Shown here in pieces: positions 1 to 8,165 of a DNA stretch of 64,000 nucleotides; position 1 is the stretch's first letter, and every line of letters begins with the position of its first letter. The position numbers and the translations under genes are program-made. The stretch is from positions 373 through 64,372 of the forward strand of contig JALWYO010000017.1 of the NCBI GenBank assembly GCA_026992735.1. The letters run 5' to 3'. The notes below the pieces were generated by a model. It made no database searches and was not told the DNA's origin. It saw only the letters and a program-made list of their open reading frames with translations. The DNA comes from Deltaproteobacteria bacterium (GTDB taxonomy: Bacteria; Desulfobacterota; Dissulfuribacteria; Dissulfuribacterales; QOAL01).

Positions 1-349
1 AGCGCTTGTTCATATCCGTTCGGAGCTCGGCAAAACGCTTGTCCATCATTTCGAAGCGTTTGTTCATATCCATGCGGAGCTCCTCGAAGCGCTTGTTCAC
101 CTGCTCAAAGCGCTTGTTCATATCAATCCGAAATTCATCAAAACGCTTATCTACCTGATCAAAGCGCTTGTCTACCTGATCGAACCGTTTGTCTATCTGC
201 TCAAAGCGTTTGTCCACCTGGTTCAGGCGCTCGTCAATGCGAATAAGCAGTGCATGGTCCTTATCCGAAAGGCTGCCTGCCAGGGACAAGGCAGGAAACA
301 GCAAGCATACAGCAAGCATAACTGTGGAACATAGGCGAATTATATTCAT
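1..349 (-). CDS. Secreted heptad-repeat (D/NKRF) coiled-coil-like protein, N-terminal part only (gene runs off the window start)
   Basis: Absent from the ORF track because the window edge truncates it. Reverse-strand ATG at 349-347 follows GGAG. Translation is MNIIRLCSTVMLAVCLLFPALSLAGS (signal peptide), then LNQVDKRFEQIDKRFDQVDKRFDQVDKRFDEF..MNKRFEQVNKRFEEL..MNKRFEMMDKRF. These are 7-aa / 21-nt repeats. Confidence 0.7.
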   Translation of the reverse strand, partial: MNIIRLCSTVMLAVCLLFPALSLAGSLSDKDHALLIRIDERLNQVDKRFEQIDKRFDQVDKRFDQVDKRFDEFRIDMNKRFEQVNKRFEELRMDMNKRFEMMDKRFAELRTDMNKR

Positions 350-476
350 GAGAAATTCTCCGGTCCGGTCATATATATTTAAGTTTAATACGGATGGCCG
401 TTACGAACAAGCTGGAATGCCGGGACAGAAAAACCGCGACCCGATGCTCATTTTTCATGATCCCCGTTCAGGATGA

Positions 477-1151
477 TCAGCGTCTCAACAAGGTAGACAC
501 GAGGCCCCTGATCCTGCCCAGCCAACCGGGCTGACGGCCCCTTTTACCCGTGAGCCTGACATCACCCATGCTGCCAAGCCCCCCCCTGGACCCGGCAACC
601 CTCGCAGGCACTCCCCTCACCACGGCACAGGGCGGCACATCCCTGGTAACAACGGCTCCTGCAGCCACCACTGCGCCCTGCCCAACTGTTACACCCTGCA
701 AAATCATGGCGCCCGCAGCTATCCAGGCACCGTCTTCGATGACTATCCTGCCGTATGTCAGGCCATGGCGGTATATGGACAACGGCTCCCCGTCTATATC
801 ATGACCGGCGCTCAATATCTTTGCCCCAGGGCCTATAAGAACTTCATCCCCTACATCCAGTCCGCCTTCTCCTGACAGGTAGGCAAAGGCGTTTACCATC
901 GTCATGGAGCCTATCCTGATAAAGGCCTCGCCATTCTCGGCAAGATCGCCGAGGACAAGCCGGACATGATCAAACAACACGACCCGGTCACCCAGGAATA
1001 TGCCCCGTCCATCTTCAGATAGGCCAAGAGAACGGTAAGCCGTCACGCTGGAGGCAACACGCACGTTGCTGCCCGCTGAATCCAGCCATTCAGGAGACCG
1101 GACAGGATCGATTATGCCTGGCAGGCCAACAAACCTGCTTTCCCCTTTCAT
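477..1151 (-). CDS. Hexapeptide-repeat (left-handed beta-helix) acyl/acetyltransferase
   Basis: 224 aa. Imperfect hexapeptide repeats: IGPGAKILSAGHDIDG...IEDGAWIAAGAMILQGVTVGQGAVVAAGAVVTRDVPPCAVVRGVPARV. Lies directly downstream of wzt. Confidence 0.8.
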   Translation of the reverse strand: MKGESRFVGLPGIIDPVRSPEWLDSAGSNVRVASSVTAYRSLGLSEDGRGIFLGDRVVLFDHVRLVLGDLAENGEAFIRIGSMTMVNAFAYLSGEGGLDVGDEVLIGPGAKILSAGHDIDGEPLSIYRHGLTYGRIVIEDGAWIAAGAMILQGVTVGQGAVVAAGAVVTRDVPPCAVVRGVPARVAGSRGGLGSMGDVRLTGKRGRQPGWLGRIRGLVSTLLRR

Positions 1152-1164
1152 GCGTGGCAGCCCC

Positions 1165-2415
1165 TTAACTTTCCTCTATATGCCAATGGTGTTCCAGGGC
1201 CACTATGCCCATTTCCGACGGATCTGATCTCACTGAAAACCGGCACACACCCTCTGCCATGTCCAGGACCTGGATGCCGTGGTCATCCAGGAGGTAAACG
1301 AACAGGGAATATTCACCGGACAGTATCGGGAAACCGGGTATCTCCAGCAAGGCGTTAACCTTTCCCAGACCGATAACCGGTTCCAGGCCCTGCTGCATCG
1401 TGGTGGTAAAAAATATATTTATTCCGTCATCTCTCTGGATGACAACCGCAACGTGAAACGGCACATCCGTATCCAGCACATCCACGCTGATCTTCACTGC
1501 CGCATCCCGGTGGGACAACAGCCTGTTGACAGCCCTGCCCCTGGCATCAAGAATTTCTATACGGGTAATCTTGACAGGGGCAGGCTGTCCTGCAGCAGAA
1601 AGGGCCTTGTTCTCTACCGGAATATTTTCAGCCCCATTATCCTGCCTGAGGCTGCCCTCCTTTTTCCTCTGGTATGCCTCGTAGGCAGACACAACGTCCT
1701 CTGTTTCCCCGAATGCCTCGACACGGCCGTTTTTCAGCCACATGGCCCTTTGGCACAGGGTCCTGACCTGGTACATGTTATGGGAGCAGAACATGATGGT
1801 CCTGCCGGCCTCCCGAAAGCCCATGATCCTGTCCAGGCTCTTCTTCTGGAAATGTATATCCCCCACTGAAAGGGCCTCGTCCACCACCAGCACATCCGGT
1901 TCGACACAGGTGGCTATGGCAAAACCGAGACGGACAAACATGCCCGAGGAATACGTCTTGACGGGACGTTCAAGGATAGCGTCGTCAAGCTCTGAAAATT
2001 CCGCTATCTCACTGTAGCGTGCCCTTATCTCCCTTTCGGAAAGGCCCAGTATTGCAGCCTGCATGAATATGTTCTCCCTGCCGGAAAGCTCGGGATGAAA
2101 GGCAGCGCCAAGCTCCAGTAGAGCGGAAACCATTCCCCTGACCTCCACGGACCCTGAACTGGGCCTGGTTGTGCCTGCAACGATCTTGAGAAGCGTACTC
2201 TTGCCGGCGCCGTTTTCCCCTACAACGCCGAATGTTTCGGACTTTCTCAGAACAAGGTTGACATCCCGCAAGGCCCAGAAATTCCTGTGCAGGGTCTTCC
2301 TGAAAAGAATCTCCCTGATCCTGTCAACCGGCCTGCTGTACAGGCGGTACACCTTGGAGACATTCTTCAATGTGACAGGGTAGGCTGCTTTCTGGAAAAC
2401 AGAGACAGATTTCAT
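1165..2415 (-). CDS. wzt: Glycan (O-antigen/teichoic-acid type) ABC exporter, ATP-binding subunit with extended C-terminal domain
   Basis: Walker A GENGAGKST, signature YSSGMFVRLGFA, Walker B VLVVDEALSVGD. I trimmed the start to ATG at 2415-2413 (MKSVSVFQK...), which overlaps the wzm stop as ATGA. About 170 aa follow the NBD, which fits a Wzt-type carbohydrate-binding tail. Confidence 0.85.
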   Translation of the reverse strand: MKSVSVFQKAAYPVTLKNVSKVYRLYSRPVDRIREILFRKTLHRNFWALRDVNLVLRKSETFGVVGENGAGKSTLLKIVAGTTRPSSGSVEVRGMVSALLELGAAFHPELSGRENIFMQAAILGLSEREIRARYSEIAEFSELDDAILERPVKTYSSGMFVRLGFAIATCVEPDVLVVDEALSVGDIHFQKKSLDRIMGFREAGRTIMFCSHNMYQVRTLCQRAMWLKNGRVEAFGETEDVVSAYEAYQRKKEGSLRQDNGAENIPVENKALSAAGQPAPVKITRIEILDARGRAVNRLLSHRDAAVKISVDVLDTDVPFHVAVVIQRDDGINIFFTTTMQQGLEPVIGLGKVNALLEIPGFPILSGEYSLFVYLLDDHGIQVLDMAEGVCRFSVRSDPSEMGIVALEHHWHIEES

Positions 2416-3215
2416 ACCTGGTCGGCAAGGATCGGCGCCACAAGCTGGTAAAATGCCGGCCCGAGGAGAACGGCCAGCAAGGTCCAGGCCGCCATCATGC
2501 CCGGCATCCACTCTGGCATTGACATGCCTAAAAATGCCCACTGGTAGCACATGATGAACGGAGTAAGCGGATTGGACCAGATGATGAATGGCCTAAAAAA
2601 GGCCGGAACCATCTTCAGCGGGTAGAGTATGGGAGTCAGGTAAAACCAGAACTGGAGAATTATGCCAACTGCCTGGATGGAATCCCGAAATACAGCGCCA
2701 AGGGCTGCCAGCAAATAGGCCATGCCAAGCATTAGTAGGACCTGGCATGCCATGATACAGGGGACCCAGATGATCCTGCCGGGTTCCATCAGCCCGCTGA
2801 ATGCCAGCATAATGAAGTATGCCGAGAATCCCACAACCTGCGGAACCAGGGAGACTATCACCACTGTCGCGGGGATTATATCCATGGGGAAAACCATCTT
2901 CTGGACAAGGAAACCGTAGTCCACCAGGCAGGACGCGGAACGTCCAAGGGACTCGGATAGGGACATCCAAGGGATCAGCCCTGCCAGCAGGTAAAAGAAA
3001 TACCCGGATGAGCTGGCAAGGTCCGGTATCTTTATCTTCAGCACAAGGGAAAAAAAGACGTAATACAGGGCTATGGTACAGAGTGGCACAAGCACTGCCC
3101 ACACTGCTCCGGCGGCAGTGCCGGCATACCGCGCCCTGATCTCCCTCCTTGTCCATAGGAAAAGCAGGTAACGGTTCCTGAGGATGTTTTCAACCAATGT
3201 CTTAAGATAACGCAC
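2412..3215 (-). CDS. wzm: ABC-2 type glycan exporter permease
   Basis: 267 aa, about 6 hydrophobic segments. The N-terminus (RREIRARYAGTAAGAVWAVLVPL) is typical of ABC-2/Wzm permeases. Translationally coupled to wzt. Confidence 0.85.
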   Translation of the reverse strand: MRYLKTLVENILRNRYLLFLWTRREIRARYAGTAAGAVWAVLVPLCTIALYYVFFSLVLKIKIPDLASSSGYFFYLLAGLIPWMSLSESLGRSASCLVDYGFLVQKMVFPMDIIPATVVIVSLVPQVVGFSAYFIMLAFSGLMEPGRIIWVPCIMACQVLLMLGMAYLLAALGAVFRDSIQAVGIILQFWFYLTPILYPLKMVPAFFRPFIIWSNPLTPFIMCYQWAFLGMSMPEWMPGMMAAWTLLAVLLGPAFYQLVAPILADQV

Positions 3216-3254
3216 TTATATTCAAAAAATACAGAAGGAAGTATCCATAAAAAT

Positions 3255-3484
3255 TAATTACTCAAGTTTCTGACTTGGGCTAACCTATTGAAAATTAAGC
3301 AAAAATATTTATATCTGCTAAATTCTATTTTTTGTTGCAGTATTCAATAAGAATAGGTAACAATTAGTAGTAGTTTGTTGCTATATTATGCGTTTAATAT
3401 AGCAACATAAAGCGAATTCGGGCGTTGCATGAAAAAACTTTTTAATTACAGCATGATATATCAACTCCGAAACTTGAGTAATTA
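3255..3484. repeat. 16-bp perfect inverted repeat (TAATTACTCAAGTTTC) flanking a 198-bp AT-rich segment, just upstream of wzm
   Basis: 3255-3270 is the exact reverse complement of 3469-3484. An inner 11-bp hairpin GTTGCTATATT/AATATAGCAAC lies at about 3376-3405. No flanking direct repeat was found. Confidence 0.8.
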
Positions 3485-3487
3485 CTA

Positions 3488-3517
3488 AACCAAAACGGCG
3501 GCCCATAAGGGCCGCCG
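3488..3517 (-). terminator. Rho-independent terminator after the 3550-4710 gene
   Basis: Stem CGGCGGCCC (3496-3504) / GGGCCGCCG (3509-3517) with a 4-nt loop. On the minus strand it is followed by TTTTGG. Confidence 0.8.
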
Positions 3518-3549
3518 TACATTACTCACGCCGTAATAGGCAAGCGGTC

Positions 3550-4710
3550 TTAGCGTTGTCCTCCTCCTAAGCCCAAATCAATCCCGAGTTCGTCAGCAGC
3601 AGTCATATCAGCATAAAGCTGATTACACGCTTTCGTGTTACAAATATATTCCGCAGGCATCAGGGTCTGAGCGGCCCGCAAATGGTACTTGGCTGTCACG
3701 TAGGAGAAGCCGAAGGCACCGAAGGTCATATCGCCAGTATATATTTCGTTATATAACTGATCTGTATTGATCATCGGGAACATATAGGCCTTGGGTATGC
3801 GAAGGAATCCCTCGTTGAATCCCGGCCATGCACCGCCAAAGGAATCATTTGCAGGCACGAATGCATGCACCTCGCACTTGAACGGGATGCTGATGGAGTG
3901 GTAATGCTCATCAGCATCAAAGACCTTTACAGGGCACCACAGGATGTCAGGATTCTGGGATGCGGGATCCAGGTTGTCAAAAAAGCACTTGCCTGGAAGA
4001 GCGCCGCCTGGTGCAAGCCGCCAGAACTCGTTAATACATGAGGTTGTCCAGAGCTGTACATGAGTACATGCTTCGAAATCAGGATCAAACCAAAACCTGA
4101 AATCCACCCAGCCATGATCCTCCTTAAAGCCATTATACAATGCCTTGATAGACCTCTGGTTCATGGCAGTAAGATCCAAAAAACCAGCAGGATCCATGTT
4201 GTAATCACACAATTTGTCTGGATCTGCACAGATCAGGTTAAGAACCGGGATGAAAACCGCGTCATCGGCAGCTATATCAACCATGAATGCGTTAGCGGCC
4301 ATGCTGAAACCATCCACAAAATCATTGTCATTCATGGGGTCATTATTATTATTAGCCCTTCCATTCTTACTCAGGAAAGGATCGTCATTGGCCGTGAATA
4401 TCATATATCCATCCTTGTTGGATGATACATTTTGGTTCAGGGACCATAGCACCAAGTCATTGGCAGTACACTTGATCTGGCCATCTTCAACATGATGGCT
4501 GTAATTATCAAAATATACCCACCATATAATTTCCTTTTTCGGGCAGAGAATACCTACCACCGTATCTTTCTGCGCATGATCATGCACAGTAACCGGCACC
4601 AGGACACCCTTGCTATACTTACCAAATGTAGCTGCATTTGCATGGCTCGCAATGCCCAGCATCACGAACGCAAATGCCGTTGCCATTAATAAGGGCATAA
4701 GTTTCTTCAT
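3550..4710 (-). CDS. Secreted Cys-rich protein of unknown family (paralog A)
   Basis: 386 aa. Signal peptide MKKLMPLLMATAFAFVMLGIASHANA, strong SD (AAGGAGG). Clear paralogy to the 4820-6007 product. No motif I can assign. Confidence 0.85.
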   Translation of the reverse strand: MKKLMPLLMATAFAFVMLGIASHANAATFGKYSKGVLVPVTVHDHAQKDTVVGILCPKKEIIWWVYFDNYSHHVEDGQIKCTANDLVLWSLNQNVSSNKDGYMIFTANDDPFLSKNGRANNNNDPMNDNDFVDGFSMAANAFMVDIAADDAVFIPVLNLICADPDKLCDYNMDPAGFLDLTAMNQRSIKALYNGFKEDHGWVDFRFWFDPDFEACTHVQLWTTSCINEFWRLAPGGALPGKCFFDNLDPASQNPDILWCPVKVFDADEHYHSISIPFKCEVHAFVPANDSFGGAWPGFNEGFLRIPKAYMFPMINTDQLYNEIYTGDMTFGAFGFSYVTAKYHLRAAQTLMPAEYICNTKACNQLYADMTAADELGIDLGLGGGQR

Positions 4711-4819
4711 TTCTTAAAACCTCCTTTATGTAAACACAATTGCATTAATTCCCTTGACTACCGACAGATCACATCCCCATCTTGTTCAAACCTCGAAGGC
4801 ATGATGATCTACTCCAACC

Positions 4820-6007
4820 CTAATGAGTATAAGAAGGGCAATACGGACAAGGCCCGACATTCTCATGTTCGGGATTATCAGGTACATCCACCGGAGTGCC
4901 ATTGCAATCCTGCACCATTTCGGCTGCGAGGAGTGTCTGTGCTGCCTTCACATGCACCTTGGCAGTGATATACGAGAAGCCGAACGCACCATTCTTATAG
5001 TCACGCGAATACGTGGCGGTACCATTAACCGAACCATCTGGCGGGAATAAATAGGTTATAGGCATGCGGATAAAACCATCTGACCAGCCGGGCCAAGCAT
5101 CGCCAAAGGAATCATTTGCAGGCACAAACTGATGCAATTCGCACTTTAAAGGCAGAGAGAGAGACATCATGTGTTCCTCATCATCAAACACAAACACGGT
5201 GCACCAAAGAAGGTCCGGAGCCTGGGACTGAGGATTCAAGTTATCAAAAAAGCACGCGCCGTTCAGTACATCAAATGCCCTCTTCCACTGCTCATTAAGA
5301 CATGCGGTCGTCCATATGGTAACATGTGTGCATGCCTGGAACTCGGGATTGAACCAGTACCTGAAATCCACCCAGCCACAGTTGGATACCTGATCAGCCT
5401 CGGGATTAAAAGGATCAGAAAGAAAAGGCCCTGGTCCCCTGAAACCACTTACAAGACTTACGACGGAATTCTGATTCATCTTCTGGAGATTTGTGCCCGC
5501 AAGATAATCACTGACATCTATCATGGGCGTGGGCACGAAAATGGCGTCATCATCCTCAATGCTGGTGTAAAAGGCATTGCCTGCAATACCCTGGGTTCTG
5601 CACTGCTGATTGAGCATTGGGTCAACTTTCCAGGCCTTTCCTGTACACTGGCTTTTCTTTGTCTTATCATTCGCCATGTCACCGTTGGCGGTGAAGACCA
5701 TATAGCCGTCCTTGGTAGAATGAACTCTCTCGTTCATGGAAAACAAGATAAGGTCATTCTTGGAACAGGGAATATGACCATCTTCCACGTGATGACTGTA
5801 TTCATCAAAAAGGGTCCACCATATCATGGACTGCTCGCTACAGATAATTCCTATTACCGTGTCGTGATCACCATGATCATGAACAGTTGCCGGCACCAGA
5901 AGACCCTTGGCGTACATGCCAAGGTCAATAGCGCTTGCCTGGCGGGCAAAACCAACCATCGCAAACACAAATGCCGTTGCCATTAATAAGGGCATAAGTT
6001 TCTTCAT
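4820..6007 (-). CDS. Secreted Cys-rich protein of unknown family (paralog B)
   Basis: 395 aa. Signal peptide MKKLMPLLMATAFVFAMVGFARQASA and the same SD as paralog A. Shared blocks include GWVDFRYWFNPEFQACTHV, CFFDNLNP, FVPANDSFGDAWPG and GAFGFSYITAK. Confidence 0.85.
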   Translation of the reverse strand: MKKLMPLLMATAFVFAMVGFARQASAIDLGMYAKGLLVPATVHDHGDHDTVIGIICSEQSMIWWTLFDEYSHHVEDGHIPCSKNDLILFSMNERVHSTKDGYMVFTANGDMANDKTKKSQCTGKAWKVDPMLNQQCRTQGIAGNAFYTSIEDDDAIFVPTPMIDVSDYLAGTNLQKMNQNSVVSLVSGFRGPGPFLSDPFNPEADQVSNCGWVDFRYWFNPEFQACTHVTIWTTACLNEQWKRAFDVLNGACFFDNLNPQSQAPDLLWCTVFVFDDEEHMMSLSLPLKCELHQFVPANDSFGDAWPGWSDGFIRMPITYLFPPDGSVNGTATYSRDYKNGAFGFSYITAKVHVKAAQTLLAAEMVQDCNGTPVDVPDNPEHENVGPCPYCPSYTH

Positions 6008-6139
6008 TTCTTAAAACCTCCTTTTGTGTAAATAAATTCTTTATTGTTCCCTGAAATATCTATTAACCTAAAATTACCCTCCTTTCTCCATCACCCCCTT
6101 TCCACAGTTAGCTAAACATTAATTGTATAACTGTAAATC

Positions 6140-6676
6140 TCATATCTTTTCTGCATTGCTTTGCAGTTTTTCCTGCAGATTCTTTCCAACATGATGGTAC
6201 CAGTCTCCATCTATTTTGACCCATTCTTCATTACTGACTGCCTTCAGGACATGAGACGTACCAAAAGCTGGCAGAACATAGCCTATCTCCACCTTTACTA
6301 TAGCCTTCTCAGGACCTTTCTTGGTAATGCCAAGTATCTTGAAGGACTTGTATATCAGATTACCCTTACTCTGGACATAATCCGTAAGAGACACCTTTTT
6401 TAATTTGGCATCTTCTTCATAAGGATAGCATGCGACAAGGTCACCGGCAACCCTGGCCTTCCAAAAATTTTCAGCCCTTGCCTGCAACGCATCAGAATCA
6501 ATGGCAGTTTCCTTGCCGGAAGCAGTGGCCATACAGGCTGAAACCAGTACCAATGATAAAATACAAAAAGCCATAGTAATGCCAGTACATCTACGAATCC
6601 ACATCCTGGACAGAAAACAGCGGCGCACCATGCTACCTACCACACAATAATCCAGATCTTTCCTTTTCAATTCCAC
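6140..6676 (-). CDS. Small putative lipoprotein / exported protein, unknown function
   Basis: 178 aa. GTG start at 6676 lies 7 nt after AAGGAG. Hydrophobic stretch ends in a lipobox-like LVSAC. No family recognised. Confidence 0.6.
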   Translation of the reverse strand: MELKRKDLDYCVVGSMVRRCFLSRMWIRRCTGITMAFCILSLVLVSACMATASGKETAIDSDALQARAENFWKARVAGDLVACYPYEEDAKLKKVSLTDYVQSKGNLIYKSFKILGITKKGPEKAIVKVEIGYVLPAFGTSHVLKAVSNEEWVKIDGDWYHHVGKNLQEKLQSNAEKI

Positions 6677-6735
6677 TTTTTATCTCCTTATCGATTCAAC
6701 ATTCCAAAATTAATATCTATCCAGATGTATTTACT

Positions 6736-7761
6736 TTATTGCTGATTATTCAAAACCCATTTAACTGCTATGTCCTGCTTCAACGCCCCGTCCACAACAG
6801 AGACAGGTTGAAACGGAACCGTCTCATCGACCTGGAAACCGGGAGAGAAATGCCAGGCCCATTCTCCCGCTGCCACGGGCCTCTCAATACAGAAACGGCC
6901 TCTGCTGTACGTGCGGGCAACTACTGTACCATCCTGGCCGTCAAGTATTGCCATGCAGCTGATACCTTCACCCTGGTTCTTTACACCATTCTGATCTGTA
7001 TCCTGATAAACGTGGCCACACTGGACCACGCGGCCCTGAAAGGCCGAGAGCGGATGCTCAAGGACGATTACCAGCAGGTAGGCCCCCACACCTGTCCCGT
7101 CAGGTAAAGTCAACACCGCCGGCCTGAATGCGAGGCCAACGGCATCAAAACGCGGATCAGTAAACATGCTCACCTGGGGAACAGCCTTGCCGTCAGGAGA
7201 AACCAGCATGCGCTGCATCAACACAGACAGCGCGGTTAAAGGATCTTTATAATCATTTATCATTATACCAGCAACTATCTGGCTGCTGTTCGATGCAGGA
7301 TAGCCTGACTGTCTGATAAAATCGGTAAGAGAAAGGCCATCAGGAGAAACATAAAATACCGAACCGGTACTGGCCATCGTCTCCGCCCAGGCAGCAGCTT
7401 TCTCATCCAGGAAGGCAGAGCGCGCCAGGGGAAACATCTCGTTACCCATGAGAAAACAGCCATAGCAGCTACAGACCATTCTGGTTCCATCCTGGACCGT
7501 TATGGTTCCATTTACCCCGATCTCCTGCAGGGCGGTTTCAGGCTCCATCCTCATCCTGTTGATAAAGTCAAAGAGCCAAGCCTCGGCTGCCTCTACAGTC
7601 ACATTGTCAGAATACCCTGGCACAGGACAATACTCGGAAGCACCGGAGACAAAGGGCCAAGCAGTGATAACCAGGACTATTATTATGTTTAACAAAACAA
7701 ACCGTTTCAATAGATTAACTCCTGCCGCAAAACAAATGATTTGCACCCAATTTTTAAGCAT
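6736..7761 (-). CDS. Secreted protein, possibly CAP/SCP-like N-terminal region plus C-terminal beta-sandwich; function unknown
   Basis: 341 aa with an N-terminal hydrophobic signal/anchor. Weak resemblance to CAP/YkwD-type segments (FINRMRMEPETAL..., SPDGLSLTDFIRQSGYP) and an SdrD-B-like stretch (VYQDTDQNGVKNQGEGI). The domain calls are tentative. Confidence 0.55.
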   Translation of the reverse strand: MLKNWVQIICFAAGVNLLKRFVLLNIIIVLVITAWPFVSGASEYCPVPGYSDNVTVEAAEAWLFDFINRMRMEPETALQEIGVNGTITVQDGTRMVCSCYGCFLMGNEMFPLARSAFLDEKAAAWAETMASTGSVFYVSPDGLSLTDFIRQSGYPASNSSQIVAGIMINDYKDPLTALSVLMQRMLVSPDGKAVPQVSMFTDPRFDAVGLAFRPAVLTLPDGTGVGAYLLVIVLEHPLSAFQGRVVQCGHVYQDTDQNGVKNQGEGISCMAILDGQDGTVVARTYSRGRFCIERPVAAGEWAWHFSPGFQVDETVPFQPVSVVDGALKQDIAVKWVLNNQQ

Positions 7762-7902
7762 TTTGCGTGCCAGACTTACGAAAACATGAAAATCTCATGA
7801 TATCAAACAGATAATAAAAAGGGCATCCTGCTCCACTGGCCAGATATGACCCCTCATGGCCATGGGTGAATAAAATCAACCAGGCAAAGGACAACACTGC
7901 CG

Positions 7903-8165
7903 TAATCCCGGATTATGCAGCTCGCAAGTTTGCCGAAGATGCGAGGCAGAGGGCACGCAGACGTACTTTGGTACTTCAACTGCCCGATAACAAAGCAGAT
8001 TCGGCAAACTTGCGAGCCCCTTGCGGCTTCAAATGCCTGAGGATTTATCATGGATTGAACTTCACCTTCTGGGTGAAGACCCAACGGTAACAGATGCATG
8101 ATAACTATTTGATAATTCATATAAATTATTTTCTTCAGGCATTTGAAGTGCATAATCCGGGATTA
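7903..8165. repeat. Nested perfect inverted repeats (three stems) filling the GT / secreted-protein intergenic region
   Basis: A 7903-7919 pairs with A' 8149-8165 (17/17). B 7920-7937 pairs with B' 8000-8017 (18/18). C 8027-8042 pairs with C' 8133-8148 (14 contiguous). An inner hairpin CTTCACC/GGTGAAG lies at about 8060-8078. A' overlaps the stop codon of the 8163-9359 gene. Confidence 0.85.

Noticed and set aside
1-235. 21-nt tandem periodicity as a possible CRISPR or non-coding satellite
   Set aside because: The repeats are contiguous with no spacers. They translate in one frame into a D/NKRF heptad protein with a signal peptide and an SD.
2416-2550. 45-codon N-terminal extension of wzt in the ORF track
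   Set aside because: The extension overlaps wzm out of frame and precedes the conserved ABC N-terminus. ATG 2415 gives the classic ATGA coupling to the wzm stop.
7854-8153. 99-aa (-) and 74-aa (+, 7866-8090) ORFs in the GT / secreted-protein spacer
   Set aside because: Both lie inside the nested perfect inverted repeats. Their reading frames are a by-product of the palindromic sequence. No SD and no motifs.
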